64,000 nt of DNA from the human T2T-CHM13v2.0 reference genome, Homo sapiens. Positions 12,735 through 24,765 of the stretch are shown piece by piece. Position numbers and translations under genes: made by a program. The first letter of the stretch is position 1; each line of letters opens with the position of its first letter. The stretch lies in the NCBI RefSeq assembly GCF_009914755.1, contig NC_060939.1. One strand, given 5' to 3'. The notes beneath the pieces are model-generated. The model saw only the letters and a program-made list of their open reading frames with translations, was not told the DNA's origin and searched no databases.

Positions 12735-13590
12735 GAAAAAACAAACAACCCCATTTAAAAATGTGCAAAGGACATGAACAGACACTTCTCCAAAGAAAAC
12801 TTACACATGATCAACAAGCATAGGAAAAAATGCTCAACATCACTAATCATTAGAGAAATGCAAATAAAAACAACAATGAGATACCACCTCAAACCAGTCA
12901 GAATGGCTATTATTAAAAAGTCAAGAAATAACAGATGTTGGCAAGGTTGTAGAGAAAAGGGAATGATTATACACTGCTGATGGGAACTTAAATTAGTTCA
13001 GCCACTATCGAAAGCTGTGCAGAGATTTTCTCAAAGAACTTAGAACTACCGCTGGACCCAGCAATCCCATTACTGGGTATATGCCCAAAGGAATATAAAT
13101 TGGGTTAAGAACGCTTGTACGTGTATTTTCACTGCAGTACTATTCTCAATAGCAAAAACATAGAATCTACCTAGGTAGCCATCCACAGTGGACTGGATAT
13201 AGAAAACGTGGTACATATAGACCATGGAATACTACACCACCCTGAAAAAGAAGTCATGTCTTTTGCAGCAACATGGATGCAGCTAGAGGCCATGATCCTA
13301 AGTCAATTAATGCAGGAACAGAAAAACCAAATATTGCATGTTCTCACTTAAAAGTGGGAACTAAACATTGGGTACTCATGGACACAAAGATGAGAATAAC
13401 AGGCACTGGGGCCTACTTGAGTGGGGAGGGTAGAAGGAAGTAGAGGGTAGAGAAACTTCCTGTCAGTTACTATGCTCACTACCTGGGTGAAGAAAGCAAT
13501 TGTACACCAAACCGCAGTGAGATATAGCTTACTTACGTAATAGTCTCGCACATTTACCCCCTAAACCTAAAATAAGAATTGAAATAAATG
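12735..13590 (+). mobile_element. Sense 3' segment (ORF2 end + 3' UTR) of the same L1PA15/16-like element
   Basis: MNRHFSKE...[31 protein letters not shown]; 3' UTR tactatgctcactacctgggtga...tgtacaccaaacc...cccctaaacctaaaataa. Confidence 0.93.
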
Positions 13591-13829
13591 ATTTTTAAAC
13601 CAGTGGAAGTATCTCCACAATGTTGTTGCATTCATGCTTAAATCAGAGTTGATTTTTTTTAACTAGGTGTCACCTGATGGGAGAGCTGTGTCCTTCTCAG
13701 TATAAACATGTTTCTGCATATTCACAACCACACAAATACACACACACACACAACCACACAAATAGTACTACATAATGCTAAATTGAATAGCCTTGTGAGT
13801 GTTTGGTTTGTGTTTTGTTTTGTTTCGTT

Positions 13830-14990
13830 ATGGCTGATGCATAGATTCTGAGAATTGGAATTACTGGGTCAAAAGGTAAATGCTCGTGGAATTTTGCTAG
13901 ATGTTGCCAATGTTTCTTCACACAAGCTGAGTATTTTACATTTTCACAGTCAGGGTATGAGAGTGACTATTTACTCTCAGCCCCTTCAGCAGAGCGTATT
14001 CAAACTTTTTGATTTTTGCTAATCTGATGAGTCAAGAATATCTCAATTTAGTTTTAATATTCATTTAGTATGAACATATTTTTATATGGTTTAGGGCTAT
14101 TTGCATTTCTTATTCTGTGAACTTTTTATTCATATTACTAGCCCATTCTTAGGGTAATTGGTCATTTATAGTTCCATTTATATATTTATAAATCATATAC
14201 ATTTAATATAATTCATATATATAACATACAAACACATATATACACACACACAGACACTACACACATATAATTTATGTATTAGTGAGGTGAACTCTGTCTG
14301 GGGTATAAATTGTAAATGTGTCATGTTTGGTATTCACTTTTCACTTTGCCGTGTGTGTGTGTGTTTATAGTAACCAAATTTATCAATCTTTCCTCATTGC
14401 TTTTGGATTTAAAGTTGCAGTTATAAAAATTTATCCCCCTTTCATGTTATAAAGAAATTCAACCATGTTTTCCTTTAGTACACTATTCACATAAAATTCA
14501 CCCTAGCGTAAATTTTGAGATATTGATCTAATCCAAAAAGCTTTCTAGATACCCTAAGACATTTTGTGAAAATGTCCATCTTTCTCTACTTAATTTTGAT
14601 GCCACATTTTATTTTGCAATAAATTTCTATATGTAATTAAGTTTCTGTCTCAATTTTCTATTCTCTTTCTTTGGTTGTATATTTATTAGTATAGCATTTC
14701 CATACTGCTTTAATTGTAAACCTCGCTTTATAGTATGTTTTGATGACTGTGAAGACTTGGCTTCCTTTCCATTTTTATCTTTTTGCTTTCCTATTCTTTA
14801 ACACAAAATTTACAACAAATATATCACTAGAATAAAATTATGATTTTGAATTGAGATTGGCTTAAATTCCTAACTTTACCTTGGAAGAAATGACATCTTT
14901 CTGAATATCCTATCCAAAAACAGGCATTCAAATGTGCTTTTATATCTTTAAAGGAATTTTTGAAAATTTTCCCAATATACACTTTAGACA
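13830..14990 (-). mobile_element. Highly diverged L1ME/MC ORF2 fragments
   Basis: tggaattactgggtcaaaaggta, ttttgctaatctgatg, aaccaaatttatcaatctttcc, gaaatgacatcttt. Confidence 0.65.
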
Positions 14991-16101
14991 TAAAAACAGA
15001 CATACTTTAAATGAAAAGATCAAATTGAGAACTTTTCTAAGGTATAATAGCTCTGTTTATGGTGGTCTAAAATTGTAAAAGCCATTACAACTATTAGAAT
15101 GTTAGCCCCATCATCCATATACACACAAAACAAACAAGCAGCATTATCTGTAATTTTACATTGTGAATGCAGTCTCTAAATTTTTTTTTCTCTTGTGATT
15201 ACATGGGTCTTCAAACATTATTGGAACATAATTTAATAAACCCACTATGTGTATGTAATAGCCTTAGGTATCCAATGACTTTGTAAATTATTTAGTTGCT
15301 GAACAGCCTAAAATGTTTCCCTTTTGTGTAGCCAATTTTCAGGCTGTAAATCAATCAACCAATACAAGCAAACTTACTTTTAAACTTGATTTAACTGAAG
15401 AGAGATTGGGAAACACCTTAAAAACTCAGTATCTAATCAGTTGTAATGTAAACCAGCATTGGTTTATATGTTAGTATCATTAATTATCTTGTTTCAACAA
15501 TAGCAAATTGGTTGGAGAATCATAGATCTTCATTTATAAGACAGAGTGATATAACAATATGATATGAAATAGCATGATTTATTGAACTTGGGAATTTCAG
15601 TAAAAGGCTGAATGGCTTTCAAATCCAGTAAGAACTGTCTCTTTGATTATCACTTTGATCTAGTGGGAAATGTCATTGTTTCCTGCCAAGAAAATATGTA
15701 ATATAACTTCTGCAAAACCTCCACGACTTCCTGTCCATCACTGAGCTTTGTGAATCATTTAGTCCCACTCTCTCCTTGAAGATGTGTGCAAACTGGGATG
15801 TTTCCCAGTATTTCCCGACTGGCTGCCTTGTGATGCAAAATAAAGAAAGACTTAAACTTCACAATTGCCAATAATGAGCAATCATTACCCAAATTACTCC
15901 GAGCACTGATTAGGTTTAAAGTAATGAAGAAACCACCATAATCAATCATCATCAACCCTAAAAAAGTCAATCTGTGTGGGAGACCCTAGGAATTAGCAGA
16001 GGGCTCCACCTACAGGGTGCCAGGGGCAGGAGAATGTCAGGCCAGCTTCAGGTCTTGTCCTGCATGGTGTGCTTCTGAGGTTAAATGAATTCAGAGCCTC
16101 C

Positions 16102-16105
<4 letters not shown>

Positions 16106-16149
<44 letters not shown>

Positions 16150-16440
16150 TTTTTGAGATGGAGTCTTGCTCTGTCGCCCAGGCTAGAGTGCAGTGGCGCA
16201 ATCTCGGCTCACTGCAACCTCCAACTTCCAGGTAGGTTCACACCATTCTCCTGCCTCAGCCTCCCGAGTAGCTGGGACTACAGGCGCCTGCCACCACACC
16301 CGGCTAATTTTTTAATATTTTTAGGAGAGACAGGGTTTCACCGTGTTAGCCAGGATGGCCTCGATCTCCTGACCTCGTGATCCGCCCGCCTCGGCCTCCC
16401 CAAGTGTTGGGATTACAGGCGTGAGCCACCGCGCCCGGCC
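16106..16440 (-). mobile_element. AluY, full length, tail expanded into (TTA)n; 14-bp TSD cagag(c/t)ctcctttt
   Basis: AluY diagnostics (ttcacaccattctcc, ccgtgttagccaggatgg, gacctcgtgatcc); TSD at 16092-16105 and 16441-16454. Confidence 0.95.
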
Positions 16441-16566
16441 CAGAGTCTCCTTTTAAAGGAGACTCTTTACGAAAAAGTATTCAGGTTAGAAGAACAGCAT
16501 GAACTGTAGTGTTCTCACACTTGCTATCCTTTAAAATAAAAAATAAGCCATAAGTATTAAGGCAAT

Positions 16567-17082
16567 CATACACGTGTATATATATATATACGTATATATA
16601 TACACGTGTATATATACATATACATATTATGTGTATATATATACGTGTATGTATATACGTACATATATACGTGTATATATATACGTGTATGTATATACCT
16701 ACATATATACGTGTATATATATACGTACATATACGTATATATACCTACATATACGCGTATATATGCGTGTATATGTGCGTGTGTATGTATGCGTGTATAT
16801 GTGCGTGTGTATGCGTGTATATGTGCGTGTGTATGCGTGTATATGTGTGTGTATGTATACGTGTATATGTGCGTGTGTATGTATATGTGTATATATATAC
16901 ATACATATACATGTGTATATATACGTACATATATGCATACATATACATGTATATATATACGTACATATATGTGTATATATGTACATATACGTATATATAT
17001 ACGTACATATACGTGTATATATACATATATGTATATATACACATACATATACGTGTATATACACACACACACACACACACGC
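16567..17082. repeat. ~515-bp alternating purine-pyrimidine (TA/TG/CA/CG) compound micro/minisatellite
   Basis: Read directly; produces the spurious Y/I/V/C/T/H ORFs. Confidence 0.97.
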
Positions 17083-17152
17083 ATTGTAAAAACATGATAG
17101 GGAGATAGAGAGAGAGATAAAGAGACAGATAATAGAACTTCTAAGTATACTA

Positions 17153-17267
17153 TAGGATGACCAATCACCTTGGTTTGCCTGGATTTGGGGTTTTCTGGGA
17201 TAGTATGGAATTCTCCATTCTAAAAACAGTACAGTCTTGAGCAAGGCAGGTTGAGTTGGTTACTCTT
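17153..17267. mobile_element. MER81-like hAT-Blackjack MITE
   Basis: Degenerate TIRs taggatgaccaatcaccttggtttgcc ... gcaaggcaggttgagttggttactct; ~114 bp. Confidence 0.75.
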
Positions 17268-19139
17268 CTATGTTATCAGCTTCCTAAAAGAGCAATGCCT
17301 TAAAATTCAATTTACATGAATGATAGCACATTGTGGGAGAGAGACTGAAATGTTGTGAGTAGGAAATTCTAAGGAAATCTAATTTGTCTTCCTTTACTGC
17401 AGGAGAGAACAACTTTTTGAGTGAGCACAACATTTTCTGGTGAGTACCTGTGCAATATTTTGTTATCACCAAGTGCTCAGGAAAAATGGCCAAGCCAAGA
17501 AATTCGTCATTACCATGTGATTTTAAGGTTTGCCACAATTGTCTACACATGGAGATTCCGCACAACTGAAAAAATTAGAATGGCATCTCCAAATATGAGT
17601 TCATTTCACAGGGCTCCCAAAATATTACATAAAAAGGAAATTAAAGTTACCAAGTGCACCTAAAAAATTTGGTGACCACACATGGATACACACACACCTA
17701 CTGTTGGGGAAATCTTATATAATTTTGAATATAGGTATTTGTTGGTCTATATGAAGGTAACTGATTATATTCTGTCCAGTATATTCTACCAAGAGGATGT
17801 TATTCAAAAGAGAAAGCAACTGATTACCCAATATAAACATGTGTGTTTAGTTATGGTCTGATTTATAGTGCATAATGAAAATAAAATATAAATATATGCA
17901 ATCGTTTCCCAGTTTGTGCAATATTAGATTTGTTAGAGAAGTGATAGAAAACCAGAGAGTTTCAAAACGATGGATTACATTTTTAAATATTCTTGAAAAC
18001 ATTCATGGAAGTTTAATGCTAATGGTACCCACTATTGAACTGCAATGTCATGGACTGCTGCTTAGAACTAGGTTCTCAGAGGCAATGACAGAACTAGTCT
18101 TTTCAATGAAAAGTTGCTATATTCTTCTTATTTAAAATGTGTGTGGACTGTCCATCTTTGACAACAATTATAAATTATTTCCATGGAAACCCAGGGATAG
18201 AAATAAATAGATGTCATCTCAGAATAGCAACAAAGGGGACTGCAGAGGAAGCTTCTTGTCAGTGGTTTGGTCAAGATATTGCATTGTAAACATTTTTAAC
18301 CAAATTATCATGACTGTGACTCAGAGTGATCAGGTGATTAGAAAATAAGTTGTCAGAGAAGAGGTAAATTATCCTTTTGGTAAAATGAGAAATATCAAGG
18401 ACAGGAAAGAAAATATAACTTATATGGGATTTGAGTAAAAGACCAGAAACTTAATTTGACTCCTAGAAGTAAATTAATAATAAAAATTAATATGACCCCT
18501 TGTCAAACTCAATGAACAGTCTGTGCAAAAGATGCTACTTAAGGCTTAGACCTGATGTCCACTTAAAGCAATCAGCAATAATATTTAGGCCAATTATGTT
18601 TGCTAATTTTGCTAATTTTGTTAACCTTGAGTTTCAGAATATTTCATTATTTTATGAATCCATTCAGTTGTATTTTCTCTTCTTAATTAAATATACCTAG
18701 TATTTACTGGGCAATAGCCAAATTATTGATCTGAAGTCCAATTATTTAAGATGTTTACCCCCAGAAGGGATTATTTAAAACTTCACAATATCTAGAGTAG
18801 CTATCCAGTCTCAGTGGTGCTATTGACATTGTTGTGTGTAACAAAACATTCTTTCTAAGGCATAAATTAATTATATTACAAATTTAGGGATTTAATTGAG
18901 TGTTAAGTAAGTAACCTAAATTACAATAGGATTGTATCTTTTAATAAATCTATGCTGAGGCTACCAAAAAGATAACACAGTTCAATAAAAACTGTGAATT
19001 TTCTAATTGCTTTTTTATTGATTGATTGTCTAGATTAATTGAATTCAAATAGTTGAATAACTGGGAATAATGAATTAGTGAGAAAAAAATGAAGTTACAT
19101 TTAACACAAAGCCAAAGTCAAGATAACAACAATAGTAAA

Positions 19140-19310
19140 CAATAATAATACTCTGACAATGGAACTAACCAAATGCTTATAATGCACTAGTTACTCTTCA
19201 TAGTGCTTTGCACATATTAACTCATTTACTCTTCACAAAACCACTTAAGGGAAGTTACTAATATTATTCTCTGTGTTATAAGTGAAGATACTGAAAAATT
19301 TGGCCAAGAT
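19140..19310 (-). mobile_element. MIR fragment
   Basis: agtgctttgcacatattaactcatttactcttcacaaaaccac. Confidence 0.6.
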
Positions 19311-19510
19311 AAAAACAATAAATAATTCAAATGCAAACAACAGAATAGAATAATGTCTTGTGGATTATCTGAATCTGAGTTTTTGTTGATGAGCAGCAGT
19401 ATCCCAGGTTGACCCACTTCTCCCATATTTCGGTGCCACTGATGAGTCATGTAGATCTTCCAGCACAAGCTCTTGTCTTCTTATGACACCACACAGAAGT
19501 GGTGATAAGG

Positions 19511-19615
19511 ATGGTGTGAACCCGGGAGGCAGAGCTTGCAGTGAGCTGAGATTGCGCCACTGCACTCCAGCCTGGGTGACAGAGCGAGACTCCGTCTCAA
19601 AAAAAAAAAAAAAAA
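19511..19615 (+). mobile_element. 5'-truncated AluY (last ~90 nt + polyA) with a perfect 16-bp TSD
   Basis: atggtgtgaacccgggaggcagagcttgcagtgagc...; TSD agaagtggtgataagg at 19495-19510 and 19616-19631. Confidence 0.96.
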
Positions 19616-19659
19616 AGAAGTGGTGATAAGGCTGACTTTTCTGTTTAAAGTGGGGGTTA

Positions 19660-20072
19660 CATCAATGATAGACTGGATAGAGAAAATATGGGACATATAC
19701 ACCATGAAATACTATGCAGTCATAAAAAAGGAACAAGGTTATGTCCTTTGCGGGGACATGGATGGAGTTGGAAGCCATTATCTTCAACAATCTAATGCAG
19801 GAACAGAAAACCAAACACCACATATTCTCACCTATGAGTGGGAGCTGATTGGTGAGAAAACATGGACACATCGGGGGAAAAACACATACTGGGCACCTGT
19901 AGGGGGCTAGGGGTAGGGAGAGCATCAGGAAGAATAGCCAATAGATTCTGGGCTTAATACCTGGGTGATGGCATGATCTGTGCGGTAAACCACTGTGGCA
20001 CACGTTTACCTATGTAACAAACCTGCACACCCTGCACATGTACCCCTGAACTTAAAATAAAAGTTGGAACAA
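19660..20072 (+). mobile_element. L1PA11-13-like 3' end
   Basis: gactggatagagaaaatatgg...agagcatcaggaagaatagcc...gggcttaatacctgggtgatgg...cccctgaacttaaaataaaag. Confidence 0.92.
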
Positions 20073-21233
20073 AACCATAGAAGAAATAAAGTAGGGACGG
20101 AAAATTTTGACAACACTAAGTCTTTTACCTTACTGGGGGCAGGCACAAGATGTTGATTGGCCCTTACAGACTGATAGTTAGCCAAATGCGTGGGAATCAT
20201 AATGTGATGATAGCACGAGTGTAGGTTCGTTTGGGACAGGGATAGACTGGAACAGAAATAAAAATTATTTATGTATTGAATCTAGCCTCTAGTCGCTTTT
20301 TTTCTCTCAAATGCAATAAAAACTTACTAAATTCCACATCATCATATTTTGTCATTTCATTGAAATTTGATTGCAGTGTTATTATTTTAAAAAATTTGAA
20401 TGAAATGAATAGTGCAGAATACATAAGAAAACAACAACAAAATAATAATTTCCAAGAATATGGAGGTATTCTCAAGAGGTCACCCTTTCTAGTACAGACA
20501 CCACAAGGCCAAGATGTGCATAGATTTAATTCCTTCTCTCTGATTATTTTTTCCATTACACTATTGATGTGTTACAGTACTTGATGTTCTGTGTTACTAG
20601 CAATGAATATTAGTGGCACTTAGACCTGGTGTGTAATTCTGTATCTATATTAATTGCATCAATGTATGGTATAATAAATACTATTTTAAAAAGTGTTAGA
20701 GCTAACCTTTAGAACTTTTTTTACAAGTGAAGTTTCCAAAGAGAGGAAAAAAAATAAAAAGTAATTCAACTTCATTTAACAATCATAGAAAGTAAAATCA
20801 TCTGCTGTAAAATATTTAAATATAAATTTCATATTTTGAAATGATCTTTTCAGAAATAATTTCAAAATCCACTTATATCTGTAGGAAAAAATAACAACAA
20901 TTCTTCCCACCCCATCCCACCATAGAATAAAGTGCAGAGAACATGGACAGGCAATCTACAAAAATGGCTAAGAAAAACAAAAGTTGGTTCTGTACTATTA
21001 ATGTAGGAAATAGATGTGAACTAAAGCAATAACAAGATAATAGTTTGAGGTTTTTTATTTGTTTTCTCTAACATTGCAAATAAAGACTATGATACTCAAT
21101 GCCAATGATTAAAATTTCTTATATTTTATATATATATATATATAGATAGATAGATAATCTTATCTACTAATTCTAAGGATTAACCCTCATAGAAAGAATT
21201 ATAAATGAGAACAAACTTTACCACAAATATATT

Positions 21234-21578
21234 TGATATGGTGTGTCTGTGTCCCTACCCAAGTCCTATCTCAAATTGTAGCTCCCATAATTCCCACATG
21301 TCATGGAGGGAACCAGTGAGAGGTAATTGAATCACGGGGGTGCGTCTTTCCTATGCTGTTCTCGTGATAGTGGATATAACGGAGAGTCCCTCTGCACTAG
21401 CTCGCTCTTGCCTGCTGCCATGTAAAACATCTTTTTGCTCCTCCTTTGTCTTCCACCATGATAGTGAGGCCTCCTCAGCCATGTGGAATTATGAGTCCAT
21501 TAAACCTCTTTCCTTTATAAATTAAATTACCCAGTCTTAGGTATGTCTTTATTAGCAGCATGAGAACAGACTAATGCA
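21234..21578 (+). mobile_element. THE1C/D (MaLR) solo LTR with 5-bp TSD ATATT and a small internal deletion
   Basis: tgatatgg...ctgtgtccctacccaa...ccatgatagtgaggcctcctcagccatgtggaa...agaacagactaatgca; atatt on both flanks. Confidence 0.93.
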
Positions 21579-21664
21579 ATATTCATTGTGGAATTATTTT
21601 AATAGTAAACAACTAGAAAAAAAAACACAAATTCCAGACAATAGTTAATGTTTTACAGGTAAAT

Positions 21665-21935
21665 AAAATAATAATAAAACTATCATTTATTTACTAAATG
21701 ATTGTTAGTTGTCTGGAAATTTGCCAAAGGGTTTATTTACATGACCTCAAACCTCCTAAAAAACCCTAGGAAGTAGATACTATGATATTCCTCATTTTGA
21801 AGATGAGGAAATGGAAGTTCAGAAAAATTAGGTGACTTTCCTAACAAGCCTAGCAAATCCTGGCTGGTTCAGGATTCAAACCAGACACATCTTATTCCAG
21901 AGCCTGCATGCTTACCATTGCACTGTACTGCCTCC
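21665..21935 (-). mobile_element. MIR (near full length)
   Basis: cctcattttgaagatgaggaaatggaagttcagaaaaattaggtgactttcc...ggattcaaaccag...cactgtactgcctcc. Confidence 0.85.
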
Positions 21936-22769
21936 ATGTAATGGACCAGTAAGTGTAACTAATCAAAATTATATTTCTAAATTGCTTTTAACAACCTGAA
22001 AATAGCATGATGGGGCAGTGAGATATAAAATAATGCATGGCATACACATTGAACCAGTGTTCACTGAATAATTATTAATGCATACATATTAAGTGTAATG
22101 TATTTATAAACTAGTTCAGAATAATACACAATGAACTCAATTGTTTTTAAAATCTGGAAGGAGGCATAAAGACATGTAAGCAATATTCTTTTCTGGGTAG
22201 CAAAAATAATGGTAGTTTTTATATTCTTCCTAATTTTTTCCCAAGGGTATGCGCAACGAGAAATAGCTATGTGGTGTCCCAATAGCATATGATAGCCCTG
22301 ATGCTGCACTTCAGTCCCAAGGTGGGCTGGGTAGCCAAGGACAGAGAAACTTTCATGAAACTGAATTGTCCACTAAGTTTATTCCTTTTTGGATATTAGA
22401 TGCCAGATTATTTATTTGGTTTTGGAAACTAGTAACAGGATCAGCTCAGCCAAAATGGGTGCTCCTTTTCCCATGGTCCTGCAGATTCATGGCATTTTCA
22501 CACCAGATCCCCAACATTTAGTTATTTAAGTGGCGTAATTTGTCAGTGCAGGTTTCTCTCCCTTAGTGTTCCCTTGACAGGTGCACTTGTGAAAGACAAT
22601 AAGCTCATTTATTAAAGCCAGTCAAAGCCTTTCCACAACAACTTCCCAGAAAACAAGCAAGTAGAGGAATACCAAGAACTCCAAATTAGTGCAAATGAAT
22701 CATTATGCAGGTGCATGTCCAACTCAATGTTTTTTAAATTATTAAAGCATACAGTGATGCGCATAGTCT

Positions 22770-23448
22770 CTATTCTCAATACAGCAACGAGAATTCTTCA
22801 TACACAGCTTAGATCAGTTTATTGACTCTGTTAAAATTCTCTACCATGATTTGTAGTTACGCTACACCTGAAATCCAGAGTTCTTTCAATAGTTCAAAAG
22901 ACTGTGATGTGCTTCTCTCATTCATATTGGTCACCCCTACCTCTCTAAGCTCATCTCCTTCCTCCTTGCTCACTCCACTCCAGCTACACCTCCACAACAG
23001 GTTACTTCAATGTGCCAGGTTGGCTCCCACAGAAAGTCTCTGCCTGCCTGTTAGGCTGGCTCTTTTTCCATCTTGGGTAATTTCCTCAACTTCTTCAAGA
23101 TTCCACGAGGCTTGTCCTAACTGCCTTAACTCCTTTTTAAAAATTAAAAAATTTGCCATACTCCTCCACCCACCCAACTCTGATACCTTTCACTCCACTC
23201 TTTTCTCTTTTGTCAATATAGAACATTTATAACCTTGTAACATTATATAGTTTATTCATGTATTAACTTTCCTGTTTATCATCTCTCTCTCATCTTTAGA
23301 AGGTACACTCCTAGTGGGCAGATATTCTTGTATTTCCATTGTTAACTGATGTTTACCCATGTGTACATCACATCCCAGTTATCCACATACATCAGAACAT
23401 CCCTGCATTCTATCAGTACTCAGCACATATAGGTTGGGTGAATGAGTG
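22770..23448 (+). mobile_element. L2 3' region
   Basis: ctcactccactccagctacac...tagaaggtacactcctagtgggcag...gtactcagcacatataggttgggtgaatgagtg. Confidence 0.7.
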
Positions 23449-24374
23449 TTACCACTGGCTGATATATAAGTGTAAGCATACCTGGGCTGCACAGGCTAAA
23501 TGGCCATATCATATTTAAAGTTCAATACCAGCTCTTGCCATTTCCTTCACAGCGATATCACTAGCATGCCCCAGCTATTCTTTAAATAAGTAAATACCAA
23601 TATCTCTAATCTTGTGCAATCATCTCACAAGTTATAACTGTGAAATACTAGTGGTGGCTGATTTATAGCACATCCATCTTTTACAACGTTTACAAGACCG
23701 GAAGTTTGATGAAGTGATCAGTAGTTTTTGTTTCTTATCTTAGCCTAAAGCATAGTCTTTACCTCCACCACTAGTTCTGCCTTTACTCATGGTTTTGTTT
23801 CCCTAAGCCTCTGGTCTATTTTAGCAACATTGTAATCTCAGTAAAGGAACTTCTTCATCTACCCGCCCATTGTCAATTAATGATGCCTCATTAGACAAAT
23901 CACTTGGAATGCTGATGAGGTTTTCCTGAACATACGGGCCCGTCTGATCGACTGTTTTACCACCTGTGGCTCTTGTGTGAACAGCCAAAGGTTAGCCCAG
24001 TTCTTGGGGGCCTCCATCATGTCAGCAAAAATTAGCAAGAAGGTGGCCAAGTTGTCAATAGAGCACAGAGACAATTAGTTAATGATTAGGGAGCCAGCAC
24101 TTGAGGAATTGATAACAAAATGAGCCATCTTGGGTACAGTTTGAATACATTTAGAAAATCTATAACGGTAAAAAGTACATTAGCACAGAAAGAAAAATGA
24201 TATGCTTTGAAACAAAATTTAACAAGAGAACTTACTGGTGGGCAGAAATTTGCCCAGCCTGGTATAAGGTCACGGCTATGTCAGAATAATGCACTAGCAT
24301 TGATTAAATAGATTAATTATTAACCCCAACCATGCTACTTGCTTTACTTTGCATAGACTTATCTTCTGAGTTTG

Positions 24375-24532
24375 GATTCATCTATTTATTGATTCTTTCA
24401 TTTAGCAAATAGTTATTAAGCACCCACTATGAGCCAGACACAGTATCGGGCATCAGGGAAAATAATGACAAATGCAATAGGCTTGGTCCCTTCCCTTTAA
24501 TATGGGAAATTCTGGTAAAGGGGTCAGATTTT
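24375..24532 (-). mobile_element. L2 3' end
   Basis: ttcatttagcaaatagttattaagcacccactatgagccagacacagt. Confidence 0.75.
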
Positions 24533-24765
24533 AACACATGGACACAGAGAGGGGAACATCACACACCGGGGCCTCTCGGGAAGTGGGGGACAAGGGGAGG
24601 GAGAGCATTAGGACAGATACCTAATGCATGCGGGGCTTAAAATCTAGATGACAGGTTTGATAGGTGCAGGAAAACCACCATGGCACATGTATACCTATGT
24701 AACAAACCTGCATGTTCTGCACATGTATCCCAAAACTTAAAGTAAAATAAAAAATAAAACAAAGA
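24533..24765 (+). mobile_element. L1PA7/8-like 3' end (heavily 5'-truncated)
   Basis: aacacatggacacagagaggggaacatcacac...gcatgcggggcttaaaatctagatgac...tatcccaaaacttaaagtaaaataaaa. Confidence 0.92.

Noticed and set aside
12232-12777. 181-aa hydrophobic ORF resembling a membrane protein
   Set aside because: Antisense reading of L1 ORF2 across the inversion junction
16566-17244. Overlapping 116-200 aa ORFs on both strands
   Set aside because: Artefact of alternating purine-pyrimidine repeat, which lacks stop codons; same for ORFs at 26373-26842 and 51432-51672
17400-17680. Possible ancient DNA transposon fragment (also 285-430 and 39380-39545)
   Set aside because: Resemblance too weak to name without a Dfam search
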